NCBI GenBank assembly: GCA_963667255.1
Contig: OY762940.1
Coordinates: 128,001-192,000, forward strand
DNA from: Candidatus Cloacimonadota bacterium
GTDB lineage: Bacteria > Cloacimonadota > Cloacimonadia > G963667145
Reading direction: 5' to 3'
Length of the DNA stretch: 64,000 nt
Shown: piece by piece, positions 30,589 to 39,544 of the stretch
Numbering within the stretch: position 1 is the stretch's first letter
How the letters are laid out: every line of letters begins with the position of its first letter
Notes under the pieces: model-generated
Told to the model about the DNA's origin: nothing
Database searches by the model: none
Seen by the model: the letters and a program-made list of their open reading frames with translations, nothing else
Made by a program: the position numbers and the translations under genes

Positions 30589-30672
30589 ACAACCTCCTAA
30601 AAAACTGATATACCAATTATGATGAAGAATTTTGGACTATACCTCAAAAAAAGTAAAAAATGCTGTTTTCAC

Positions 30673-31134
30673 TTACTTGCAAACATCTATCCAAGTCTTG
30701 CAATTGCTATATTTTTCAAGCTCTTCGACGGTCAACTTGATGGCGGAAAATTTATCGCCGGCAGCTGGCCAAACCTCGCTATATTCTTGCAAAGACAAAT
30801 CCATGTAAACGGCAATCGGCATCGGCAAGCCAAACGGGCACACACCGCCAATCTCGTGTCCGGTGAATTGCAAAACCTCATCGGGAGTGAGCATTTTGGC
30901 TTTCTTCCCAAAAGTCGCCTTGTATTTTTGATTATCGATTTTTTTGTCGCCGGCAACCAAAATAAGAATCGGCTCTTCGTCCACCTTGAACGACAAAGTT
31001 TTGCAAATCTCGCCCGCAGTCACATTGTGCTCTTTGGCAGCTTCTTCCACGGTCGCCGTCGCATTCGGCAAAGTTACAATGCAACTATCAAGATTGTGTT
31101 GCTTGAAAAATTCTTTTACAGATTGGAGGGACAT
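30673..31134 (-). CDS. YbaK/EbsC aminoacyl-tRNA deacylase family protein
   Basis: TATVEEAA, ICKTL, GGVCPFG, AAG. Confidence 0.92.
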   Translation of the reverse strand: MSLQSVKEFFKQHNLDSCIVTLPNATATVEEAAKEHNVTAGEICKTLSFKVDEEPILILVAGDKKIDNQKYKATFGKKAKMLTPDEVLQFTGHEIGGVCPFGLPMPIAVYMDLSLQEYSEVWPAAGDKFSAIKLTVEELEKYSNCKTWIDVCK

Positions 31135-32375
31135 TTTTTATAAATACTTTTTCTTCTCAAATATATCCATCTTGGTAACGACAAGAAAAACAAATAAGTT
31201 AAACCAAAGAAAACAATGTAATTAAACATTTCGTCCAAAGAATTTCTAAGAAAATCTCCATATGGCAATCTCTTAATTACTACTTTAATTAAAAAATGCC
31301 ATAATGAAATATAAACAGAAAAAATTGTTATTTTTGAGATCTTCCTTACACGCTTTTCTTTATGATTAAACCATTCTAAAAGCTGTGGAATAACAAAAAT
31401 TAAAAACATAAGTCTATAATCCCAATTATTCCCTAATAAAAATGTACCTATATAAATACAAGATCCAGCTCTAAACAAATCAAAATAAAGACCTTTAGAT
31501 ATCGAAATTGAAGAAATTCTATCTGTTATCAGGGTAAAAAAAGAGAAAATAAAAACAAAAATAACAAAAACATGGCTTATTATTCTTACAATAAATGAAA
31601 AATTTGCACCATAATTTTGCAAAAATAGCCAAAGAACATCTTTCCCGTAGCTACAGATAGAACTCCGAGGAGTTATCGCTCTAATTAGTAAAAGATCTGA
31701 ATACGATATAAAAAAATAAAGCAAAGACAAAGACAAAATTGATATTAAAAATAATACACTTTTCCCCCTCTTTAGTTTTAAAAAAATTGTGACAGCAAAA
31801 ATAGGGAATAATTTCAAAGCAACTCCCAATAAAATTAAAATAGCCGATATTTTATAAAATTTTTGAATTAATGATACCGATAAAATTACAATAAAAAATA
31901 TTATCAAATCAATGTTCCCCCTTTCAATCCCTAAGAGTACTGCTGGAGATAAAATAGCAAAAAAAATCGCACCAACAGTTTTATTATTAGCTCTTGAAAG
32001 TATAATAAAAATACCGCAAAAAAACAAAATTATTGAAACTAAGCCAAAAAAAAAGGTATGTTCAGTATTCAAACCAAAATATGACAAACAAAGCCAAGTT
32101 CTTGGATAATTGTAAGGTATTTGATCAAGGAAAACACAATTTTTAGGCATAGGGTCAAAACCTAAAGCAAAAGTTTCTACACCATGAGTAATTACTTTAG
32201 AATCAGCAAAATAACAAGAGGCAACAGGAACATTCCATAATCTCCAAGTTTTATTATAACCATAGAATTTAAACATAAAAGAAAAAAAAACTATCAATAC
32301 TAAAAAAAATAATATTACTTTTTTCTTAGGTCCCATATCTAAAATTTTATTATAACAATTCCCAAATAGTCTCAC
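31116..32375 (-). CDS. polytopic membrane protein, GT-C (GT87-like) glycosyltransferase candidate
   Basis: Many TM helices; YNYP, ERGNID, LKLFP motifs; very AT-rich. Confidence 0.6.
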   Translation of the reverse strand: MRLFGNCYNKILDMGPKKKVILFFLVLIVFFSFMFKFYGYNKTWRLWNVPVASCYFADSKVITHGVETFALGFDPMPKNCVFLDQIPYNYPRTWLCLSYFGLNTEHTFFFGLVSIILFFCGIFIILSRANNKTVGAIFFAILSPAVLLGIERGNIDLIIFFIVILSVSLIQKFYKISAILILLGVALKLFPIFAVTIFLKLKRGKSVLFLISILSLSLLYFFISYSDLLLIRAITPRSSICSYGKDVLWLFLQNYGANFSFIVRIISHVFVIFVFIFSFFTLITDRISSISISKGLYFDLFRAGSCIYIGTFLLGNNWDYRLMFLIFVIPQLLEWFNHKEKRVRKISKITIFSVYISLWHFLIKVVIKRLPYGDFLRNSLDEMFNYIVFFGLTYLFFLSLPRWIYLRRKSIYKKCPSNL

Positions 32376-32390
32376 CTAAATCTCCATTTT

Positions 32391-33023
32391 TCATTTTTTA
32401 TACTCTATCGCCTTCTTTGGACAATCGAACACACATTCCATACATTTCAAACAATCTTTGTTATTTATTTCCAACGCATCTATATTTATCAAATTCAGCG
32501 GGCATTTTTTTTCGCACAGTTTGCATTTGATGCATTTCTCTTCATCGATAAGCAAAACCTTTTTGCTCAATTTTATCGAGCTCGTCAAAGTGCCAATCGG
32601 GCAAAAACTGCACCAAGTTCTTCTCCCAAAAATTATCGCCAAAACTATCCCCAGAGCAGTCGTTATCACACACATCAGCCAAAAAGTTTTTCCCCAGTGA
32701 TAAATATTGCCGATATTCTGCGACAAGCGAAAACCCATAAAGCCCATCAGAAGCACAAAAATAGTCCAGCGAAAGCATTTGTTTTGAGTGTAAGTCAAAG
32801 CGAATTTTTTGTTCAAACTGATTTTGTCGAAAATTCTGTCAAAAAAAGCTCCTCGCGGACAAAAATTGCCACAGAAAAATCGACCCTTAAACGAGCTGAA
32901 CAAAATCGCCGAAATCATCACGATGGGAACGGAAAACCCCAAAAGCGGATAGCGATGACCGAAACAAATCACCACCACTACTACCCACAACAAAATTCCC
33001 TGAAAAAATTTTCTTTTTTGCAT
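32391..33023 (-). CDS. small membrane 4Fe-4S binding protein
   Basis: FCGNFCPRG, WCSFCPIG, two ferredoxin motifs. Confidence 0.88.
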   Translation of the reverse strand: MQKRKFFQGILLWVVVVVICFGHRYPLLGFSVPIVMISAILFSSFKGRFFCGNFCPRGAFFDRIFDKISLNKKFALTYTQNKCFRWTIFVLLMGFMGFRLSQNIGNIYHWGKTFWLMCVITTALGIVLAIIFGRRTWCSFCPIGTLTSSIKLSKKVLLIDEEKCIKCKLCEKKCPLNLINIDALEINNKDCLKCMECVFDCPKKAIEYKK

Positions 33024-33301
33024 AAATATCTAACCCCCAAAACTTTTCCCAAAACAAAATATCGACCATAATATGTAAACAGATTTTCTCAATATTTCCC
33101 CAAAAAGAAACCCTTTTTTTATAAGAGCTAAATATTGGGTAAGTTAGTCCAAAAGTCAAATAGAAATCGAACACGACTGTTTTAATTTTATCACGGAAAA
33201 AAGAGAATTTGTTTGACTGCTAATTAATAGGTTTTTTTTTGATTTAGCGTTGTCTCTCGCTGATTGGAGAGGGGAATCGATTTTAATTTAAGGGATTTAT
33301 T

Positions 33302-34249
33302 ATGGATAAGATTTGGGTTAACGATTTGCACACTCACTTGGGTGATGCCGATGTAGTTTCTTCCTTTTTGGTTTGCGAAAAAAACCTGCGTGAGGGCAAA
33401 AGAGGCTCGTATCTTCGGATGCGTCTTTCGGACAAAACTGGTGAAGTGGTGGCAAATGTGTGGAGCAATGCTCCAGCTTTGGAAAAGTTGTTTGAAAAGG
33501 GAGATGTGGTAAAGGTAAAAGGGGTAGTAGCCGAGTATCGTGACCAAATACAATTCACTGTGAACAAACTGCGAAAAATGGGCGAAGACGAATACGATTT
33601 GGGAGACTATATGCGGAGCTCGGAAAAAAATTCTAACGCTCTTTTGGAGGAGTTATACGGGTTTATACAAAAAGTGGAAGATGAACAGATTAAGGTTTTG
33701 CTTACCAACATCTTTGAGAATCAGGAGTTTTTGGCAAAATTCAAGAAATGTCCTGCCGCAAAAAATTGGCATCACAACTATCTTGGCGGACTCTTGGAAC
33801 ACACTGTCAGCGTAACCAAGATTTGTGATTTTGCCGGCGAGATGTATCCAGTAAACAAGGATATTTTGTTGGCAGGCTCGCTTTTGCATGACATCGGCAA
33901 GGTTTTTGAATACGAAGTTACTTCCGTTATCGATTTTACGGATGAAGGCAGATTGGTAGGTCATCTGTGCATTGGAGACGATTTTGTGGTGCAAAAAGCC
34001 AGCGAGATTGCCGATTTCGATGCCAAGATTTTGATGAAAATTCGCCATATGATTTTGTCGCATCACGGAGAGATGGAAAAAGGTGCTGCTCGACTTCCGC
34101 AAACCTTGGAGGCGATGATTTTGCACTATGCGGACAATATGGATGCTCAAGCTGTGGGCATTTCTCAATTGATAAATGCGGTGCAAAAATCTGATGCCAA
34201 ATGGACGGAGTATAACGCAATTCACAACAGGTATTTTTACATCGGTTAG
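33302..34249 (+). CDS. yhaM: YhaM/Cbf1-like OB-fold HD 3'-5' exoribonuclease
   Basis: OB fold, PAAK..HH...GGLLEH, HDIGK, HHG, AD. Confidence 0.88.
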   Translation: MDKIWVNDLHTHLGDADVVSSFLVCEKNLREGKRGSYLRMRLSDKTGEVVANVWSNAPALEKLFEKGDVVKVKGVVAEYRDQIQFTVNKLRKMGEDEYDLGDYMRSSEKNSNALLEELYGFIQKVEDEQIKVLLTNIFENQEFLAKFKKCPAAKNWHHNYLGGLLEHTVSVTKICDFAGEMYPVNKDILLAGSLLHDIGKVFEYEVTSVIDFTDEGRLVGHLCIGDDFVVQKASEIADFDAKILMKIRHMILSHHGEMEKGAARLPQTLEAMILHYADNMDAQAVGISQLINAVQKSDAKWTEYNAIHNRYFYIG

Positions 34250-34255
34250 CAGCCT

Positions 34256-35047
34256 ATGTTTCAAGTGGCAATGCTTTATTCCGGAAGCAAGGGCAATGCT
34301 TGCCTTGTCAAGACCGATAAGACGAAACTCGTAGTGGATATAGGATTTAGCGGGAAAAGGTTTTTGCAATCGTTGTCGGAGTTGTCTTTGGATTGCAAGA
34401 AATTGGACGCCGTGGTAGTTTCGCACGAACACTCCGATCACATTGCAGCCGTGGGGATAGTCGCCAGAAAACTGAATTTGCCAGTTTATCTCACGGAGAG
34501 GACTTATGCGAGTTGCAAAGAGAGATTGGGCAGGTTGCCTAGAGGAGTCAAATATTTTGTTTCCGGCAAAAAATTTGAGATTGGCGATGTGGATATAGAC
34601 CCTTTTACCAGTAGCCACGACGCTGTTGACCCTTGCAATTTTGTCTTTACCAAACAGGAAGATTTGGCGGAGAGGAAGCTGGCTCTTGCCACGGACAACG
34701 GCTATATTTCCAAGATTTTGTTGCACAAACTCAAGGATTGCACTACGCTTATTTTGGAGTCGAATCACGACAAAAATATTTTGCTCACCTCGGGGAACTA
34801 TCCTTGGGAGTTGGTGCAGAGGATTAATAGCAGAGTTGGGCATCTATCCAACGAAGAAGCAGCGGGAGTGCTGTCGCAGGTGGTTCACACACGACTGAAA
34901 AGGGTGATATTGGCACATCTGTCTGCGGAGAACAATTTGCCTGAACTGGCATTGTCTTCTGCCAGAGATGTTTTGAAAATTTTCGGTAATAGTGCCGAGG
35001 TTGTTTTGGCGAGACAAGAGAAATCGACTAAACTTTTGGATATTTAA
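34256..35047 (+). CDS. MBL-fold hydrolase, YycJ/WalJ-like
   Basis: SGSKGN, SHEHSDH, SHDA, LESNHD, GHLSN, HLS.ENN. Confidence 0.9.
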   Translation: MFQVAMLYSGSKGNACLVKTDKTKLVVDIGFSGKRFLQSLSELSLDCKKLDAVVVSHEHSDHIAAVGIVARKLNLPVYLTERTYASCKERLGRLPRGVKYFVSGKKFEIGDVDIDPFTSSHDAVDPCNFVFTKQEDLAERKLALATDNGYISKILLHKLKDCTTLILESNHDKNILLTSGNYPWELVQRINSRVGHLSNEEAAGVLSQVVHTRLKRVILAHLSAENNLPELALSSARDVLKIFGNSAEVVLARQEKSTKLLDI

Positions 35048-35049
35048 GT

Positions 35050-35712
35050 ATGGAAATATTGAGAGCAGAAAAAATTTATAAATCCTACGAGGATGGAAAT
35101 TCTCGTTTGCAGGTGCTGAACGGACTTGATTTGGTAGTTCACCAAGGGGAAACAACCATTATCACTGGAGAATCGGGCTGTGGGAAATCAACTCTTTTGC
35201 ATATTTTGGGCAATTTGGATAGTCCGGATAGTGGTAGTGTTTTGTATAAAGGCAGACCTGTGGAAGACGGGAACAGGCTCCGTAACGAGTTTCTGGGGTT
35301 TGTCTTTCAGTCGCACTATCTTTTGCAGGAGTTTACCGTTTTGGAGAATGTTGCAATGCCGGCGTTCATCAAGACAAAGGATATGGCTCATAGCAAAAAA
35401 GAGGCACTGGAGATTTTGAAGATTTTGGGCTTGGAAGAAAAAAAAGATGCTTTCCCTGCGAATTTGTCTGGTGGTCAGTCTCAGCGGGTCGCTGTTGGGC
35501 GGGCGATAGTGAATAGACCGCATTTGATTTTGGCGGACGAGCCTTCTGGCAGTTTGGATAGCAAAAACAAGGATAATCTTGTTAATATATTTTTGCAGTT
35601 ATGTGAAAAGTTTGAGTTGGCTTTTGTAATCGTGACCCACAATTTGGAACTTGCGGACAAGATGGACAAACATTATGTTCTTTCTGACGGGATGTTAAGT
35701 TTACAGAAATGA
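35050..35712 (+). CDS. lolD: LolD-like ABC ATPase
   Basis: GESGCGKSTLLH, GFVFQ.H.LL.EF, LSGGQSQR, ADEP. Confidence 0.75.
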   Translation: MEILRAEKIYKSYEDGNSRLQVLNGLDLVVHQGETTIITGESGCGKSTLLHILGNLDSPDSGSVLYKGRPVEDGNRLRNEFLGFVFQSHYLLQEFTVLENVAMPAFIKTKDMAHSKKEALEILKILGLEEKKDAFPANLSGGQSQRVAVGRAIVNRPHLILADEPSGSLDSKNKDNLVNIFLQLCEKFELAFVIVTHNLELADKMDKHYVLSDGMLSLQK

Positions 35713-38700
35713 AATCTAAAAAGTGGCTGTTTATTGCGATAGCTATCTTATTGATAATCAACGGGATATACTATTTGCTCACCAATATCATCGGGATTGA
35801 TAATTTCATCAAAGACAGGTTGGAAGCGTCCCTCTCTTCTCGCACTGATTCCAAAGTAAGTTTGGAAAGAATCGATTACAACGACAAAAAGGTTACAATC
35901 TTCGGGATTCACAGTGAAAATAAAAATTATTCTCTGAAAATTGAAAGCGTTACTTTGGAATACAATTTGCTGTTTTTGCCTTTTTACAAGGTTTTGCCAC
36001 GGCGAACATTTAGCAAAATCTTGTTTTATCATCCGAGCTTTGTCCTCAAAAAAGGGGTCAATTTTCAGGGTAACAATCTCGGGAAATTGGATTTTGAAAA
36101 GGTTTTGTCTTCTTTGCCCAATTTTTCTGTAGTCGAGGGTAATTGCAGTTTTGAGATAGAGAAAGAGGACAAATTTTTGCTCAAAGATAAATTTGATGTT
36201 TTTTCCTGTAGCTTCGCGATGGACGAAAACAATAAAGCGACCTCCGAGGTTTATATTGCCTCGGATTCCCGCAAGCTAAATTGCAATTTGGCTTTTACTA
36301 ATAACGAAATCGACTCAATTAATCTGCAGATAGATAGCTTTTCTTTGCCCAATTTAACACTTCATGGACTGGATTCTCTTCGGTTTGTTTTGGATGGCAG
36401 ATTGGTAGGGAGCAAGAGCAAATTCAGTTCCGATTTGCGTTTGAGAGATTTTTCGGCAAAGGGTAAGCACTTCAATTTGTCGTTGCCAAAATTGGAATTG
36501 CTGGGGAACGAAGAGTATTTAAATTTCAATCTTCACGATGGTAAATTGTTCGGCATTCCGTTCGGGTTTGAAACTGCGTTTTCTCATTTTTTGCAAAGCG
36601 ATGTGGAGATGTTCGGGAGCATTACCGTAAGCGACAGGCTGAAAATAGAGCAGTTTTCGGCAAAAAGAACAAAAAAGAAGAACAAAGAAGTTTGGGATAT
36701 AACCAATGTTTTGTGTCTGGAGAACGAATTTTGTGGGAGCTTGGTTTATGGCACTGACGGGGTTTCGTTTGAATTGCAAGACACTTCTTTCACTCTGAAA
36801 AAGGACGATTTCTACCTTAACAGTCCGCTGGGAATTTTCGCTTCTTGGAGTAGCAGTTCGGGATTTAAGGCGAATTTTTCCGGAGACAGCCTTGTTGTTA
36901 GTAGCAAGAATTTCATTTTTGACGAAGCGAAGTTGTCGGGAACTTTGGTGAAAGACACTTTCGGAGTGCTTTTTACCAAGAGAGACAGTCTGATTCGAGT
37001 TGAATTTGCCGGTTCGTTCTTCTCCGATAGTTGCTCCGTTTCGCTTGAGACTCAGCAGTTTAATCCTAATTTGCTTTTGAAAAATAAGATGAAGAATTTG
37101 CCTATGTGTCGGGTATCCTCCGAGGGAGAGTTGCGAAACAAGATTTTAAATTCCAAGATAGATATTTTTTTGGACGACCCGTATTATGGGCTTGTGAGCG
37201 GTTCGTTCGGGTCTGATTTTTCTTACGACTTTTCACAAGGGCAACTTAGTGCGGGGCTTCGCAGTTACAAAGCGACTTTCAATTACAATCTTTTTGATTT
37301 GGATATGAGTTTAGCGGGAAGTTTCGACAGTTTGAATATTTCTAATTTGTTGATTAACGCGAGAGTTAGGGGAAATTTTCTATTGCGAAGCGACAAGAAA
37401 TACGCTTTTTCAGGAAGCTTTGTTGCGGACTCTCTGGAGCTCGCCAAGTGGCAGAAATATTTTAGCAAGCAATTTTTGTCCGAGGAACTTGGCGGAATTT
37501 TGAATGCGAAGTTTGTTTTGAACGAAAAGGGGAAAGTAAATTTTGATTTGCAAACAGAAGGATTTCGCTATGGCAATTGGCAAGGGTTTGACAGCAAGGT
37601 GTCTCTAGAGGGCAAGGTGGATTCCCTCCTTGTAAAAGAGGCGTTTGTGGTTAGTGGTGCTGACACTGTGGTCAAGGCGACCGGAGATTTTCTTGTTGAT
37701 TCGCTGATGACGGTTAGTGGTATTTTCGATATAAATAATCTGAATTTGGCAAATTTGCAATCAAATAACAAGATTTGGAATGGGATTATTTCGGGGAAAG
37801 TTGTGATGAACGATTTGGGGCAATTGCCTACTTTCGTCGGGAGTTTGCATTGTAGCGATTTTGCTTACAAAAACATCAAATTTACCGATGTCAATTTGAG
37901 ATTGCGACAAGAGAAAAAGAGTCTGATTTTTGAAAAAGGGGCTTGTATCTTCGAGTCCAAAAAAGAGAAATTGGAGTTGCAAGGAGAGTTGGGTTACAAT
38001 CTTCTGAACGGCTCTGTTTACCCTTCCGATAAGATTTTGCAACTCTATTTTCAAGGAGATTTCTTGAATGTTTTGGCACAATTTGTTCCCGGGATGAAAA
38101 GCACTTCCTCAGATTCCCGCTTGGCTCTGAATATGCGAATGTCGGACGAGGGATTTAAGATAGAAGAGGGCATTTTTGCCTTGAAAAACGGGAAAGTTGT
38201 GATGTCTGGTCAAAAGGAGAAGCTCAAAAATGTGGAAGCTGAAATGAGGATTGTGAATGATAGCTTGTTCGTGGAGAAGATACAGGGCAAAATAGGAGAC
38301 GGAAAGTTGAATATTAGCAACGGTTTCCCTAATCCCAAAACAGAGTTGATAATTGGCAATCTCAATTTAGGGACAGTTTACTTTTGGACGAGCGATGGCG
38401 AAGTCACTTGGCACTATCCCGACTATATGGACGACGATGCTGTCGGGAGTGTCGAGATTACGGGAATAGACTCTCCGAAAGGTTTCGTGCAAGGTCCGGC
38501 TGACGATATGCTGATAAGTTTTGAGTTGCGGGCTTCCGATTGGCAAGGGATGTTTCCCAAAAAATCCAAAAACCTGCTAAAATTAATTCAAGGCACTTTT
38601 GAGATGTCTAAACACAAAGATGGGAAAGATTTTCCGTTTTCTATGGATTTACTTTTGACGATAGGCGACAACGCTTATTACAAGACATATCCGATGGACT

Positions 38701-39542
38701 TTTTGGTTGAGCCCGGAGGCTATTTGAGATTTCATTACGAAAAAGATGAAAAGTGGGAATTGACGGACGGGAATCTCAGTTCGGTGAGTGGAGATATGGA
38801 ACTTTTTTCGGGAGTGTTTAGTGTGAAGACTGTTAAGTTGAAATTGTCTCAGAGCAATTCGTTTTTTGATTTGTCGGGCACATTTGAGGCTACGGCGATT
38901 GACGGGAACACGGTCTCTCTGAAAGTGAAAGTTATTGATAGGAATGTTTTTAGCCTTATTGACAATCTTGAATATGAGTTGTCCAGTTCCGACAGAAACT
39001 TGACCTCGGAGTTGCAGATTATCTCCTCTCTGAGCTATGACCTCTCCGAGGAGGAGAGCGGACTCTCGGGGAAAACCAGCCCTGTGGTCGGTGCTCAAGC
39101 GATGGAGTTATTGGGCGGAGCTGTGCAATCGCAGGTTTTAGACCCCTTTATCTCTCCGGTGGAGAATAGGTTACAAAGATTTTTGCGATTGGATTTGTTT
39201 CGGATTAAGTTTAATATCGTGCAAAATCTTTTGGAAGATTACGATGAACAGCAAAGCCTTACCAGCTCGGAAGAGAATAGTAGCAGTCGCAATGTTTTGC
39301 TGAATAAAATGAAGGTTATGTTTGGCAAGAGTCTTACAAATCGGTTGTTCTTTGTGTCGGAGATTAACTTGGAAGAGCCCGATGACCCTTTGATGGAGGA
39401 GAAAGATTTGCTTTTAAATCAAAAAATCGGCTTCAAATATATTTTCCCGCACAACTTCCGCTTCCAATACGATTACAATTTTAGCGAAGATGCCGAGAAT
39501 AATAGCTATGAAATCAATCTGAAAAAATCTATAGATTTCTAA
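35709..39542 (+). CDS. large AsmA/TamB-like protein
   Basis: 1277 aa, N-terminal TM anchor, beta-rich body, C-terminal aromatic strands ending in F; family assignment by architecture only. Confidence 0.55.
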   Translation: MKSKKWLFIAIAILLIINGIYYLLTNIIGIDNFIKDRLEASLSSRTDSKVSLERIDYNDKKVTIFGIHSENKNYSLKIESVTLEYNLLFLPFYKVLPRRTFSKILFYHPSFVLKKGVNFQGNNLGKLDFEKVLSSLPNFSVVEGNCSFEIEKEDKFLLKDKFDVFSCSFAMDENNKATSEVYIASDSRKLNCNLAFTNNEIDSINLQIDSFSLPNLTLHGLDSLRFVLDGRLVGSKSKFSSDLRLRDFSAKGKHFNLSLPKLELLGNEEYLNFNLHDGKLFGIPFGFETAFSHFLQSDVEMFGSITVSDRLKIEQFSAKRTKKKNKEVWDITNVLCLENEFCGSLVYGTDGVSFELQDTSFTLKKDDFYLNSPLGIFASWSSSSGFKANFSGDSLVVSSKNFIFDEAKLSGTLVKDTFGVLFTKRDSLIRVEFAGSFFSDSCSVSLETQQFNPNLLLKNKMKNLPMCRVSSEGELRNKILNSKIDIFLDDPYYGLVSGSFGSDFSYDFSQGQLSAGLRSYKATFNYNLFDLDMSLAGSFDSLNISNLLINARVRGNFLLRSDKKYAFSGSFVADSLELAKWQKYFSKQFLSEELGGILNAKFVLNEKGKVNFDLQTEGFRYGNWQGFDSKVSLEGKVDSLLVKEAFVVSGADTVVKATGDFLVDSLMTVSGIFDINNLNLANLQSNNKIWNGIISGKVVMNDLGQLPTFVGSLHCSDFAYKNIKFTDVNLRLRQEKKSLIFEKGACIFESKKEKLELQGELGYNLLNGSVYPSDKILQLYFQGDFLNVLAQFVPGMKSTSSDSRLALNMRMSDEGFKIEEGIFALKNGKVVMSGQKEKLKNVEAEMRIVNDSLFVEKIQGKIGDGKLNISNGFPNPKTELIIGNLNLGTVYFWTSDGEVTWHYPDYMDDDAVGSVEITGIDSPKGFVQGPADDMLISFELRASDWQGMFPKKSKNLLKLIQGTFEMSKHKDGKDFPFSMDLLLTIGDNAYYKTYPMDFLVEPGGYLRFHYEKDEKWELTDGNLSSVSGDMELFSGVFSVKTVKLKLSQSNSFFDLSGTFEATAIDGNTVSLKVKVIDRNVFSLIDNLEYELSSSDRNLTSELQIISSLSYDLSEEESGLSGKTSPVVGAQAMELLGGAVQSQVLDPFISPVENRLQRFLRLDLFRIKFNIVQNLLEDYDEQQSLTSSEENSSSRNVLLNKMKVMFGKSLTNRLFFVSEINLEEPDDPLMEEKDLLLNQKIGFKYIFPHNFRFQYDYNFSEDAENNSYEINLKKSIDF

Positions 39543-39544
39543 AA

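Noticed and set aside
33653..34843. 396-aa minus-strand ORF
   Set aside because: Antisense shadow of yhaM and the yycJ-like gene, which carry clear motifs.
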